Shown: piece by piece, positions 35,180-45,593 of the stretch
How the letters are laid out: each line of letters starts with the position of its first letter
Position numbering within the stretch: the first letter of the stretch is position 1
Virus record (IMG/VR): IMGVR_UViG_3300028034_000004
Coordinates: 1 to 56,448 of that record
Direction: 5' to 3' (one strand)
Origin: a virus
Taxonomy: Duplodnaviria > Caudoviricetes
DNA: 56,448 bases
Notes under the pieces: generated by a model
Told to the model about the DNA's origin: nothing
Databases searched by the model: none
The model's input: only the letters and a program-made list of their open reading frames with translations
Program-made: the position numbers and the translations under genes

Positions 35180-35911
35180 CTATAAATATTTCTTAATCTT
35201 TTTCATTAACGATTTTCTTCTTCTAGACACTGTGGCTGGTGACACCCCGACTGCGTCGGCGACTTTCTTTGCTGAGTCTAATTTTGGTTTACCGCCAAAA
35301 CCAGTTAAATATTCGAAAATCAATCTTTCTTCACCGGTTAAAGTCTGATAAACCATCATTAAAGTATCCATTCTTTTTGGGTCCTCAGCCATATCAATGG
35401 AAAGTCCAGCTTCCATTAAATTAGAACCTGTTAATTCTTTCCTCAATTCTTTTTCCATACGCTGCACTTCGGCTAAATCCCAGTTCATTTCTTCTGCCAT
35501 TTCTTGAGCATTGGGTTCTCTACCTTTTCTGATTTCTAAGTCTTCTTTAGTTTTAACATAATTATCTATCTGGGTTGCTCTGTTTTGTGGTATTCTAGCG
35601 ACATCCTTATAATTTTTAACATAATTTCCAACAGATTTTAAATAGTTAGTTACAAATGTCGATAGTTTAGTTCCATAAGAAGGATCATATCTATCTATAG
35701 CTTCTTTAAATGCCTTACGACCTTCACTTTCGACGGCAACCATTGGTATTCCATAATTTCTATAGTTGTTAGTCTTATTGTGGATAATTCCTTTCATTTC
35801 TTGATACAATTCTCTAGCTTTCTGTTTGGCCATGTATTCGTTGCCGGCATCTTTTGCTCTTTTATATTCTCTCCAAATTTTTAAATCTTTATCGCTTTGA
35901 TTAATTGGCAT
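35180..35911 (-). CDS. RNA polymerase sigma factor, group 3 (SigF/SigG/FliA-like)
   Basis: EAIDRYDPSYGTKLSTF, ARIP, GREPNAQEMAEEM, LTGEERLIF, KVADAVGVSPATVSR. Start moved to ATG 35911 (AAGGAGG). Confidence 0.9.
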   Translation of the reverse strand: MPINQSDKDLKIWREYKRAKDAGNEYMAKQKARELYQEMKGIIHNKTNNYRNYGIPMVAVESEGRKAFKEAIDRYDPSYGTKLSTFVTNYLKSVGNYVKNYKDVARIPQNRATQIDNYVKTKEDLEIRKGREPNAQEMAEEMNWDLAEVQRMEKELRKELTGSNLMEAGLSIDMAEDPKRMDTLMMVYQTLTGEERLIFEYLTGFGGKPKLDSAKKVADAVGVSPATVSRRRKSLMKKIKKYL

Positions 35912-37679
35912 TGTTACCCTCCTTAGCAAACTTTCTCGGGGAAGTCTCATCCATTCTTCCTTTCAACGCTTTAACAGCATTTCTCCTTTGAATTGACACT
36001 GTTTCAGTGATGTCGTTCCCATCAACAGTTCTAGTTGTTTTCAAACTAATATCATAAGGTCCGCCGTATAGTTCCCCATCTCGCATTGTAATGTCTAAAG
36101 CATCTCTATATTCTGTAAATGTTGCTATCTCTCTTTTAAAGTTATTTTGGAATGTTATTCTATCGGTTGTACTATAATAATCTCTTTGTAGTTCTTCGAT
36201 GTTTTCTTTCATAGATACCATGTTCTCACTATCTAAACTTATCTTAGTTTCATACTTATCGAAAGCCCCACCCACATCCATATGTTCCTGATAAGTATTT
36301 TGAATCTCATTTACACCGAACTGGTCGATCGAGTACCATCCTGCAAGCTGTGGAAATTTCTCATTGAATGGTCTAACATGACTCATTGTTAGAGTTGTTG
36401 TTGCATAACCACTGCTCGGGTTAATGTTATGACTTGCAGCCACTAAATATCCAACTAGAGGTATTTCCTTATCGAGTATCAATGCAGGGAACCCGGGAAG
36501 TATATCTGGTTTAAATGCGACCTCCACGCTTAATGGAACTGTTTTATATTTTTCTTTGTAGTATAAATAATTAGTAAAACTTGATTTACTCTTTACCTGT
36601 TGTTCCCAACTACCTTCTGTAAACCCAATAGCGAGCGTTTGGGATAAAGGCAGAGTAGTCTGATAAGGAATAATCCCCTTAAATTTTTCTTCGTCTGTAA
36701 TTGTACTTCCAATGCCATTTTCTGCATCGAAATTTTCTAGTATTTCAGCCGGAGAATAATATCCAGCTGACTTAGTCCCTATTATATCATCTACCAATCT
36801 ATATCTTGTTGGTATTTGGGTTTCGTCTTTTTGATAATTAAAAGAAGTATTCTCGTCCGGGAACACTACATTGCACGCTGGTGGTGTAGTAAATTGCAAA
36901 TTGGGCTTCATCACATAAGAATTCAAGGGATCGCTTTTTGTCATTCCAGGTATTGGCTTTATGTCGTATTGAATAATTTGGGCTACAGAATAAATTAAAT
37001 CAATCACCCTTGTCATTGTTGAGGACTCATTTAAAATTTCACTATAAATATTTTGAATAACTTCGAGTGAGAAAACAGTTTCGGTCAAATCATTTTCTAT
37101 GATATTGAATCGTTCTTTTCCTATTTTGTACTTAGGCACATATTCATCTAAGAAAGCATTTCCACCCATTAAGGTTTCCAATACATGTGTTATGGAGTCG
37201 GTTATAGGTTGACCTTTTCCAAAAGATTCGATAAATTCCGCCATAACCTCTAAACCACCACTAGAAGCCATTTCGGTTTCCTCATATTCTTTGTTTTCAA
37301 ACCTTGAGTCACCATAAAAGACAGATTCTTTTGGTCCATAAACACTGGAGGCATTCATGAAGTCATATATTCTGGCATTATCCATAAACCATTTTACATC
37401 TTTAAACTTTAAAGTCACTGTTCTATCTTTAGGTCTTTTAGAATAACCGTTACCTATGTAAACTCCTTCGCACAGCATTTTCCATTCATCAGTTTTTTTC
37501 TCCTTGTAGACCATCAAACCATTGGTATTTTGTTTTAAATCGAACGCTTCGTGGTAAGGTGGAATATTGATATTAAAGGTAGTTGTATCATTGTGAGATA
37601 TAGTAACTGATCTAAATGGTATTTCTATTCCTTCTAGATATAATTTAAATGATAATCTTTTGAGCTGATAATTATCCAA
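35901..37679 (-). CDS. Baseplate hub-like protein
   Basis: KLYLEGIEIPF; FKPDILPGFP..GYLVAASHNI..TTLTMS; position after tape measure. Confidence 0.6.
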   Translation of the reverse strand: MDNYQLKRLSFKLYLEGIEIPFRSVTISHNDTTTFNINIPPYHEAFDLKQNTNGLMVYKEKKTDEWKMLCEGVYIGNGYSKRPKDRTVTLKFKDVKWFMDNARIYDFMNASSVYGPKESVFYGDSRFENKEYEETEMASSGGLEVMAEFIESFGKGQPITDSITHVLETLMGGNAFLDEYVPKYKIGKERFNIIENDLTETVFSLEVIQNIYSEILNESSTMTRVIDLIYSVAQIIQYDIKPIPGMTKSDPLNSYVMKPNLQFTTPPACNVVFPDENTSFNYQKDETQIPTRYRLVDDIIGTKSAGYYSPAEILENFDAENGIGSTITDEEKFKGIIPYQTTLPLSQTLAIGFTEGSWEQQVKSKSSFTNYLYYKEKYKTVPLSVEVAFKPDILPGFPALILDKEIPLVGYLVAASHNINPSSGYATTTLTMSHVRPFNEKFPQLAGWYSIDQFGVNEIQNTYQEHMDVGGAFDKYETKISLDSENMVSMKENIEELQRDYYSTTDRITFQNNFKREIATFTEYRDALDITMRDGELYGGPYDISLKTTRTVDGNDITETVSIQRRNAVKALKGRMDETSPRKFAKEGNNAN

Positions 37680-38229
37680 CTGCTGTCCTCCTCCTTTTTT
37701 TTATCACAAAAAATTTAAACGAAACACCAACAACCTTATCATTTTGCGAGTTCTTATCGTAATTCATATTGTACCAGATACCTTTAATTCTTTTATTCGA
37801 ATATATAATAGTCATTTCCATTTCATAATCTAATATAGTGTGCGGTCTGGCAAAGTCGTAGAACTTCTCATAATACTCTAGATCGTTAGTGTTCTCACCT
37901 AACATGTTCTCCTTACCGTCTAAAACGTTAAGCTGATACTGGTGTGTTTCTGCCCCTTCTCCAAAGGCGAAGAACATCGGGTGTTCGTTGGATTCTATAA
38001 CTTGTGTTCTATCTAAGTTATTTTCTGAAATTCTTTGGATATAGAACTTATCTAATTCTATTTCGTAAGGTCCATTTGGTGGAATTTCCCCGTTTTTTAA
38101 TCTTAATAATTCATCAATAATTTTTCTATCAAAATCATTTCTAACATTTTCAATCTTATCATTAGGAATAACTAATTTTATTTTTGCTTTCTCACCTTTA
38201 TTGTTTGAAGTACCTCTCAATGCGATCAC
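37672..38229 (-). CDS. Tail tube initiator/baseplate protein
   Basis: Position directly after tape measure; beta-rich tube-like pattern ending VSFKFFV. Confidence 0.55.
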   Translation of the reverse strand: MIALRGTSNNKGEKAKIKLVIPNDKIENVRNDFDRKIIDELLRLKNGEIPPNGPYEIELDKFYIQRISENNLDRTQVIESNEHPMFFAFGEGAETHQYQLNVLDGKENMLGENTNDLEYYEKFYDFARPHTILDYEMEMTIIYSNKRIKGIWYNMNYDKNSQNDKVVGVSFKFFVIKKRRRTAVG

Positions 38230-38240
38230 CTCTTTTTTTA

Positions 38241-38252
38241 ATTATATCATTA
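38241..38252 (-). promoter_or_regulatory. Extended -10 promoter TAATGATATAAT
   Basis: Lies between a terminator and the RBS of 38229; identical to 7781-7792. Confidence 0.55.
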
Positions 38253-38262
38253 CTAATAAAAT

Positions 38263-38292
38263 AAAACAAAAAAAAGACCCCCGAAGGGGTCT
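38263..38292 (-). terminator. Intrinsic terminator with UUCG loop
   Basis: AGACCCC-TTCG-GGGGTCT plus T-run on the minus strand, after the tape measure gene. Confidence 0.85.
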
Positions 38293-38297
38293 AAGAA

Positions 38298-41200
38298 TTA
38301 GTTTTCTATGTTTAGGTTCCAAGCTCCGGTATTTAAATTGTTGTAATCTAACCCTTGCTCTATATGTCTATCTAAACCATCTATTGAACTTTCTAACCTT
38401 GATAATGTTTCGTTAACTTCGCCATTAGTTCTTATTATATCCTCATGACTTTTTAGTAACCCTTCTTTGATTACTTCTTCCCATTTTTCAATCCAATCAT
38501 CTTCAGATGCCATATGGTAGGAAGTTTGCCCTTCTTCTACGACTGTGCTTATGAATTCATCAGTTAAAAGTTCATTTAGAAAGGTGTTAAACTGATTAGT
38601 TGTCATGTTTTCTGTGCCAGATAAATCCTGATCTCTAAAAAGAGCGTTACCTTCTAATTCTTTCATCACTTCTTCTCTTGACATTTTACCTGATGTGTAA
38701 TCAAGCCCAGTCGATAAAATAAACTTTTGGTTATCATTTTCTAATGATGATATAAGATCTCTATCAGTTAAACCGTTAGCTGCTGCTTGGTTATCGTACA
38801 ACGACATTATTTCACTTTCTAAGCTGTTATCGGTTTCGGTTATACCTTTTAAAACTTCACCGGCTCGTTTATTACCTCTTGCCATCTGATAAGCATAATC
38901 ACCAGTAAACATTCCTTCGAATATCTCATTAGCATTAATGGCGTGCATTCCACCGCTGTATTCATTTTGGCCTTCAAGGAATTTCATAACGTTCCTGGCA
39001 ACGTTGTCTTTTTGGCGTTGTACTACCTTATCATTTGCTACAGCCGTTGGTGAAAGGTTGCTCATTGCATCGTCATACATACCTTGAGCTTTACCCACAA
39101 GAGACATAAACACTTCTGTCTGTTCGTCAGAATAACCTAGAAAGTCTTTTGCATATTCTTCATATGTATACTGTTGTTCTACCCCATCTTCGCCGGTTAC
39201 TGTTACTTTGTCCGATCCTAAATTTTCAGCAAGTGTGACTGCTGTATTATCTTTAAAACCTTCAGTGAATATATCGGCAGCGGTAGTACCTCTATCTTGC
39301 ATCCAGTTGTAATTTGAAGCACCTTGACCGAGATATGCGGCCAATCTATGTTGGGCCATTACATTTAAATTTTCTCTTTTGTCTCTGAAGTTTTGGGGGT
39401 TCTGATTCAAAGCGTCATTGAATTCGCTCTGCCATTGAGTATCATTACCTGCAATAAACCTGTTGATATCTTGACTGACGCCACCTGCTAAGGATTGTAT
39501 CCCTTCGGTAGATAAATCTAAATCTAAATTAGCTTCCCTTAAATCGAATTCACCGACGGTCCTGACATCCTTTACTTGTTCATTCCAAAATTCCAAAAGA
39601 CCTGCTTTGATGTTATTATATGTTGAACTTACACCAGTTACTTCATCAATTCCTTGTCCGGTTTTGGCAAACCAATTGCTTATTCTTTCCATAACACCAG
39701 ACAAAGAACGTCTTTCTAATTTATCTTCTCTTAATTGTTGCTGTAAAGTTCTTCTAGTTAATTCATTCTGATCTATTACACCGGAAGATTTTATTGCCCC
39801 GGCGATAACTTCTCTCATTTTTTTATCTTCAAGACCTAAGTTTTTCAAGGTGTTTTCAATATCAAAACCTGCACCTTCTAATCCGGTTGTTTCTTGGAAG
39901 CCTTCAATCATACGGCTCATAACCTGTATGAATTCTGGCCCCTCTAACTTTTCAAAATAATTGGCTGCGTTAGTATAATACTCGGCTCTCATCTCTTTAT
40001 TGTTAGCGACTAAACTTGAACCTCTTCCCATAGCTTCTTTTAAAGACATATCTCCAGAAACCATTCTGTCTAACTGTTCTTGATTTATTTCCCCGTCTCC
40101 GTTCAATAAACCAAATAAAGCAGTCTGGAATTCTCCTTTTTGGGTCAAGCTCATCAAAAATTGAGAAGCTCCTGCCGCAGCACCTTCTCTGCCCCCGACT
40201 TCTTGGATGTTCTCTAAGTAAGCTTGGCGTTCATCGCCGCTTAAATTTTGTATTTCTTCTTCAATTGCCAAGGTAGTCATTGTGGAAGTGTCATAACCTA
40301 GTTGTCTACCTAAACCTAACTGTCTGGCTGTTTGAGCCCCTTGCGACCCCATCTGAACTATTTCTCTACCTGTGTAACCAGTCATTCTACCTATAGCATC
40401 ACTCTGTAATAACATTTCGGTTTGGTCGGCGGTTGTATAAAAACCAGACCGTTGCATTTCCCCTAACATTTCAGCCGACTCTTTTAAAGTGGTCTCATAA
40501 ATTCTAGAAATATCTCTCAAGGAACCTGTAACTTTCTCGAATTTATCCTGGAATTCTTCAGCACCTCTGACGTTGTACATCAGATCACCTTCAGTCATTC
40601 CAGCCAAAACTTCATCTAAATCTCCTTGTCGCATATAAAGATTATCTGCCATTTCACCTCTAGTTGCTTGAGCTAATTCAGCTGAATCTCTATAATTTAA
40701 ACCTCTGCCGGTTACAGCATTAGTTGCCATGCCAGGGGTGAATCTATAACTCATCTCCTGGATTGCAGTTTCTGCTTGCCTTTGGTATGCTATCTGATCT
40801 GTGAAATTATCGGCTAATTTTTGAGTTGCTATTGCCCCAGCCATTGGTAAAGCCAGCCCACCAGCAAAACCACCTATAGCCCCTAATGCAGAACCAGCGC
40901 CACCCCCAACAAAATTCAAACCTGTAGCAGCTAAAGAACCAGCCCCGCTCATCCCTATCGAGGACAATCCGGCATTTGCTAAAGTTCCTGCTGCACTAAA
41001 AGCACCAGTACCAATTGCGCTTCCAGCCGCAGAACCAATCCCGCTTGCTGCACTACCTAAAGCTCCAGCTATGCCCATTTTACTTAAAAGCATACCTCCA
41101 CCTAAAGTAGCTGCTGTAGTACCTATTCCAGCCATGGCACCAAAACCACCAGCGGTAGCTTCATTTACAGCTTGGTTGGCTAAATCATAACTCCTTCGTC

Positions 41201-41480
41201 CGGGGTTGTAAGCTCTGCCGTAAGCATCTTGCGAAGCTGACATTTCCCCGAAGGTATAACCGACATCATCATAAACATTCCCTATAGTTTGGGAAGCTGC
41301 AGAAGCAGCAGACATACCTACAGATGAGTTGGCAAATCGATATGCTCCATATCCAACTCCAGCAAAGGCTCCAATTTGTCCTATTTTCTCCAACATTTTT
41401 TTATTTAATAATTTACTTGCAAGTGATTCGGCAGCGTTTTCTACATCGTCGCCAAAATCCCCTCTGAATATATTCTCCAA
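38298..41480 (-). CDS. Tail tape measure protein
   Basis: 1060 aa, Gly/Ala-rich hydrophobic region and helical body; follows tube and chaperone genes. Confidence 0.75.
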   Translation of the reverse strand: MENIFRGDFGDDVENAAESLASKLLNKKMLEKIGQIGAFAGVGYGAYRFANSSVGMSAASAASQTIGNVYDDVGYTFGEMSASQDAYGRAYNPGRRSYDLANQAVNEATAGGFGAMAGIGTTAATLGGGMLLSKMGIAGALGSAASGIGSAAGSAIGTGAFSAAGTLANAGLSSIGMSGAGSLAATGLNFVGGGAGSALGAIGGFAGGLALPMAGAIATQKLADNFTDQIAYQRQAETAIQEMSYRFTPGMATNAVTGRGLNYRDSAELAQATRGEMADNLYMRQGDLDEVLAGMTEGDLMYNVRGAEEFQDKFEKVTGSLRDISRIYETTLKESAEMLGEMQRSGFYTTADQTEMLLQSDAIGRMTGYTGREIVQMGSQGAQTARQLGLGRQLGYDTSTMTTLAIEEEIQNLSGDERQAYLENIQEVGGREGAAAGASQFLMSLTQKGEFQTALFGLLNGDGEINQEQLDRMVSGDMSLKEAMGRGSSLVANNKEMRAEYYTNAANYFEKLEGPEFIQVMSRMIEGFQETTGLEGAGFDIENTLKNLGLEDKKMREVIAGAIKSSGVIDQNELTRRTLQQQLREDKLERRSLSGVMERISNWFAKTGQGIDEVTGVSSTYNNIKAGLLEFWNEQVKDVRTVGEFDLREANLDLDLSTEGIQSLAGGVSQDINRFIAGNDTQWQSEFNDALNQNPQNFRDKRENLNVMAQHRLAAYLGQGASNYNWMQDRGTTAADIFTEGFKDNTAVTLAENLGSDKVTVTGEDGVEQQYTYEEYAKDFLGYSDEQTEVFMSLVGKAQGMYDDAMSNLSPTAVANDKVVQRQKDNVARNVMKFLEGQNEYSGGMHAINANEIFEGMFTGDYAYQMARGNKRAGEVLKGITETDNSLESEIMSLYDNQAAANGLTDRDLISSLENDNQKFILSTGLDYTSGKMSREEVMKELEGNALFRDQDLSGTENMTTNQFNTFLNELLTDEFISTVVEEGQTSYHMASEDDWIEKWEEVIKEGLLKSHEDIIRTNGEVNETLSRLESSIDGLDRHIEQGLDYNNLNTGAWNLNIEN

Positions 41481-41497
41481 AGGTACACCCCCTTGGG

Positions 41498-41812
41498 TTA
41501 ATTGTCCATTCTTTGATATTGACTTAAATCTATTTCATTACCTGCTAAATCTTCTAGTATCATTTTATTATTTTCCATAAACTCTTCCCGTTTTTCAGCA
41601 ACTTCTGGGAACATTTCTTCAACATATTTTTTAAGTGCTTCTTCAACTTTTCCACCTGCCGCAGCAACGATTTTAGCAACTTCATTTTTGAAATTTATTC
41701 TATTTTCTTTCCTCAACGCTGCAATCAGGTACGCCTCACGAAGGGAATTGTAATCAGGTTCTATACCTTTTAACCTTAATTGGGCTCTAGCCCAACCGTG
41801 AGACGTATTCAT
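41498..41812 (-). CDS. Tail assembly chaperone, T part (-1 frame extension)
   Basis: In the -1 frame of the upstream gene; precedes tape measure. Confidence 0.65.
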   Translation of the reverse strand: MNTSHGWARAQLRLKGIEPDYNSLREAYLIAALRKENRINFKNEVAKIVAAAGGKVEEALKKYVEEMFPEVAEKREEFMENNKMILEDLAGNEIDLSQYQRMDN

Positions 41813-42543
41813 TAGTTTTTTAGACTCTCTCCGATTTCGGAGGAATCATTTAATTTTTCTCTAATTTCATTTTCTAACTTTTCTGCTCTCTGTAATATAA
41901 ATTTAATTAAGTCAACACTGATCCCTTTGATGTTGTCTTCATTTAATTCATTTCCGTTCACAGTCTCAACCATTTCCAAAATGAATTCATTTTCGTTTAT
42001 ATATTCTAAATGAACATTAGTTTTTACATCTTTTTCTTTGACTTTCTCTTGAATCCTTTTTCCAACCTTTTTATTCTCTTTTACATTTAAAATTTTATAC
42101 CTAATTTTTATTGGTGGAGTCTCTTCATTAAAATTTAACTTAATATTTCTTTGAATCATATCGGTTAAAATGAACTCACCAACCTCCTCATCGGTTAAAG
42201 GTTGTGGTTCAAAACCTTTAAGGTAATCTTCGATATCCGAACTTAATTCTTTGTACTTATCTACTATGAAATTTATTTTAGCCGATGAGAAATTTTCTAT
42301 TTCTTCACCAGTTTTGTTCTCGTTATCAAAAGCAACAAGACACCCCTTAACTATCTCGGTTGCTATGGTGTTGCTGACATAAATCCCGTTCTCTTTTTGT
42401 TCAAAATCATCAAAACTTTTTACAAATTCACCTTCTTTTTCCCAGGTGAATGAAGCTATTGTGAAACTAATATCACCAATTTTATGTTTTCTAATAACTC
42501 TAAAATTATTATGAAATTGCTTAATTTCTTCTTCTGTTAGCAT
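41812..42543 (-). CDS. Tail assembly chaperone, G part
   Basis: Between tube and tape measure genes; ends ...LKN at the slippery site. Confidence 0.65.
   Translation of the reverse strand: MLTEEEIKQFHNNFRVIRKHKIGDISFTIASFTWEKEGEFVKSFDDFEQKENGIYVSNTIATEIVKGCLVAFDNENKTGEEIENFSSAKINFIVDKYKELSSDIEDYLKGFEPQPLTDEEVGEFILTDMIQRNIKLNFNEETPPIKIRYKILNVKENKKVGKRIQEKVKEKDVKTNVHLEYINENEFILEMVETVNGNELNEDNIKGISVDLIKFILQRAEKLENEIREKLNDSSEIGESLKN
41815..41821 (-). other. -1 ribosomal frameshift heptamer A AAA AAC
   Basis: CTA AAA AAC TAA TG at the end of the chaperone gene; hairpin TTGGGCT-AG-AGCCCAA about 20 nt downstream. Confidence 0.7.
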
Positions 42544-43223
42544 TAGAATCTCTCCTTTAATACCTGTTCAATTCTTAGTATTTTATCCCCTGTATATTTC
42601 CCTAATGGTACTGGTCTCCCAACTTCCATCTGCATATTTTCTGTTAAAACCCTGTTTGATGCGTTCATTTGCAGAACATGAGAACTAATTAAACAGTTCT
42701 CTAAAAAAACCCCTCCATAATCCTGGAGATAGCCATTAGGCATTCTTTGTTTAATGTTAATGAATATCCCTATTGGGTTATCGAATAACTCACTGGTTAA
42801 ATTAACCCAGAAATCACCAGTTCCAGGCATCTTGGAATCATTAATCTTAGAAGCATCTAAATCATTTGCCAAACTTTGCATCATCGATTCATACATCCCT
42901 TGGTATTTGTGATCCAACATATTTGTGTCCTTATAAGCATATCCAATGTATTTCAAAAGAGATGGCCCATCAAAAAGTATCCTGTTAAAACTCGCATTAA
43001 TTCTTGGTTTCCCTGTAACCATTTGATACTCATCATTGCCGTATTCAAAAAACTTTGTTATATTTCTTTGTTGATTTAAAGATAAATCTTGAATTAACCC
43101 CACTGTGATAGCTTTTGAACTTGTATTATCCTCAGTAAGTTTTGGGGGAGCAAAACTTACTGATACATTTGTAGTTGATACATGTTCACTTCCTATATTA
43201 TTTATGTTACCACCTAAATGCAT
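42543..43223 (-). CDS. Tail tube-like protein (paralog 2)
   Basis: VGLIQDLSLNQQRNITKFFEYG; FWVNLTSELFDNPIG; YGGVFLENCLISSH. Confidence 0.7.
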   Translation of the reverse strand: MHLGGNINNIGSEHVSTTNVSVSFAPPKLTEDNTSSKAITVGLIQDLSLNQQRNITKFFEYGNDEYQMVTGKPRINASFNRILFDGPSLLKYIGYAYKDTNMLDHKYQGMYESMMQSLANDLDASKINDSKMPGTGDFWVNLTSELFDNPIGIFINIKQRMPNGYLQDYGGVFLENCLISSHVLQMNASNRVLTENMQMEVGRPVPLGKYTGDKILRIEQVLKERF

Positions 43224-43246
43224 ATTGTTGCTCCCCCTTGTTTTAT

Positions 43247-44008
43247 TTAATTAGCATTAGTTCCATTTACAGCAGTTGAGGATTCGCCCATCCACTGTGA
43301 ATACTCATCAAACCACTCTGGTGTCATATCGTGAGTAGTTTCCATTATTTCTTTTCTTCTAGCGTAATGATCTTCATGATTAGTACCTCGAGAAAGAGGG
43401 ATTGGAGTTTCAAACTGCATCTGCATGTTCTCCTGCATTAACCAGTTGCCAGCCTGCATATTCATTGAGTGCGACTGTATCTTGGCATTGCTTAGGTAAA
43501 CAGATCCATAAGATGAAGATTGTCCATTCCCAAAGAATTCTCTAAAGTCTAATAATAACCCCATTGGATTCTTAAACATATCACTGGATAAGTTAATCCA
43601 GAAGTTTTTGTCATACCCGGAAGAAACGGCGTTTCTTTTTTGACCCTGGAATATTTCTGAATGTACCTCAGGGGCGCTGTTAGGATTAATACCTTTATTA
43701 AGTAATCCCATACCAGCAATCTTTAAAAGAGAAGGTCCGGAAAATAAAGCTCTAGAAATACTTAAGTTATTTCTAGAAGGACCGTCGGCCCAATATCTTC
43801 TTTCTGACCCAATTTCAAAGATTTCTCTGATCTGTCTCTGTTGATTCATATTTAAATTCTGAACCAACCCACAAACAATTGTGTTTGCTGTTTCGTCAAA
43901 CATTGGTGGTCCAAAAGATATAAGAACTGCTTTCGAACCCAACTGACCGCTACTTTCAGGGTTATCATACTGCTGTACCGCTTTGTTTTTAAAATCCCAA
44001 TTAGCCAT
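43247..44008 (-). CDS. Tail tube protein (paralog 1)
   Basis: CGLVQNLNMNQQRQIREIFEIGS; FWINLSSDMFKNPMG; directly after sheath. Confidence 0.75.
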   Translation of the reverse strand: MANWDFKNKAVQQYDNPESSGQLGSKAVLISFGPPMFDETANTIVCGLVQNLNMNQQRQIREIFEIGSERRYWADGPSRNNLSISRALFSGPSLLKIAGMGLLNKGINPNSAPEVHSEIFQGQKRNAVSSGYDKNFWINLSSDMFKNPMGLLLDFREFFGNGQSSSYGSVYLSNAKIQSHSMNMQAGNWLMQENMQMQFETPIPLSRGTNHEDHYARRKEIMETTHDMTPEWFDEYSQWMGESSTAVNGTNAN

Positions 44009-44021
44009 TTAATATACCTCC

Positions 44022-45593
44022 TTAATATACCATCTTAGCAACGATTAAGTCTAGAGGTGATTGAAATTCTACTCTCTGTTCCACATCAACTCTTGCTGCA
44101 TTAGATTCATTTCTATTGATAGCGATTAATTCACCACTATTAATTAATGTTCCTGTCTTAGTATCTATGTACCCGATAGCAGTTTCTTCGATTGTCTCCA
44201 TTACTGAATCGGTAATATTATTAACACCAATTAGAGGATCCAATGTCTTAATAAAACCATAACTGTAGGCATCCTTTGAATATTGAACACTTACCTGTTT
44301 AGTTTCGTTATCAAACATATTGGTAGTCCACTGAGCTCTACAATTAACAGGACCATCTTTTACATCCTGTAAAACCACAAAGATACCGCCATTTGAAATC
44401 TTTCTTAAGTGAGAAGGTTTGAAATACCCTTTCTGATAGAAAACTTCGTTAGCAATACCCGATACAGGATAATTTGTTAGACCCTGCTGTGGAGGTAGAG
44501 ATGCTTTGAAAGCGCAATAAGCTGCAGCTAAGTAATATGCCGGCAACCTCTTTTCTTCTCCATCAATAGTCATCGAAAATTCGTTAAAGAGGACAGTCCC
44601 TCTTTCATTAGAAATTGAAACACCATACTGATGTAGAATGTCAGACTGACCATTTTTAAGTTCAATCTCTGATATTGTATCAGTTGCTGGGTCCAAACTT
44701 TGATATTCCATGACTTCTTCTCTGGTGGGAATTGGTTTGGAAGTCCAGGCAAAACGATACATCTTTTCTTCTGGAACTGACATCGCCGCACAGTGATTAA
44801 TAACTGCTTGATGTGATAATTCATTTGAAGTAAGTAACGCCACCCCATGAACCTGTTTAGGTTCTATTCTCTCTAAAGCGGCACCGATTTCTGTTGCTTC
44901 ATCTACTGTACCACCAACTTGTGTCAAATAGTCTTTGGTTGGTACATAATAATGTGGTGTACTTGGTGCGACTGTTGTTGCTAACCCACCGGCTAAACCA
45001 AGTGGATTGTCTTCATCAGCTTTGCCTAATACAATCTGGGTATCACCTTTTCCTTCAGCTAATAAAACTCGACCTACCAAATCATGTCTTGCAGCACGAT
45101 AATTAATATGTATCTCTGCTCCAATTAACCCGGATAAATCCGGTGAAGCTGCAGTATAATCTACACTTTTAGCAAGCCACTTATCATTAATATCTTGAAA
45201 AGCGGTGAATAAATCACCCACCCCGCTATCGCCAAAATGAACTGTTACATCACTTTCGGTGATAGTTAAAATGGTGTTGGTATCTGAATCTGTTTCTGGG
45301 AGCACCTCTCTTCTACCATCTGTTTTGACTAATTCTACTACAACTGAGTTGGTATCTACTGGATTATCTACATCTGTTAAAGATGGATAAGATAAAGCAA
45401 CACTATCGTTTGTAGTAACATCAAGAGTATCGTTATCTAAAATTGTTCCAGTTGCTGTTACATTATCTTGGTCTGCTATTTGAAACAGTGGACCAATAAT
45501 GCAAGCTGGCATTTCAGGAGCTACCGGCTCTAAAACCTGTGCTTCTCTTTCTTCAACCACATATACTCCTGGATCATTAAAAATTTGAGCCAT
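44022..45593 (-). CDS. Tail sheath protein
   Basis: N-terminal PGVYVVEE, ACIIGP; C-terminal PPQQGLTN..., SPLDLIV. Confidence 0.85.
   Translation of the reverse strand: MAQIFNDPGVYVVEEREAQVLEPVAPEMPACIIGPLFQIADQDNVTATGTILDNDTLDVTTNDSVALSYPSLTDVDNPVDTNSVVVELVKTDGRREVLPETDSDTNTILTITESDVTVHFGDSGVGDLFTAFQDINDKWLAKSVDYTAASPDLSGLIGAEIHINYRAARHDLVGRVLLAEGKGDTQIVLGKADEDNPLGLAGGLATTVAPSTPHYYVPTKDYLTQVGGTVDEATEIGAALERIEPKQVHGVALLTSNELSHQAVINHCAAMSVPEEKMYRFAWTSKPIPTREEVMEYQSLDPATDTISEIELKNGQSDILHQYGVSISNERGTVLFNEFSMTIDGEEKRLPAYYLAAAYCAFKASLPPQQGLTNYPVSGIANEVFYQKGYFKPSHLRKISNGGIFVVLQDVKDGPVNCRAQWTTNMFDNETKQVSVQYSKDAYSYGFIKTLDPLIGVNNITDSVMETIEETAIGYIDTKTGTLINSGELIAINRNESNAARVDVEQRVEFQSPLDLIVAKMVY

Noticed and set aside
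28465-45593. Tailocin or extracellular contractile injection system
   Set aside because: Portal, capsid, protease and neck genes are present, indicating a complete phage.
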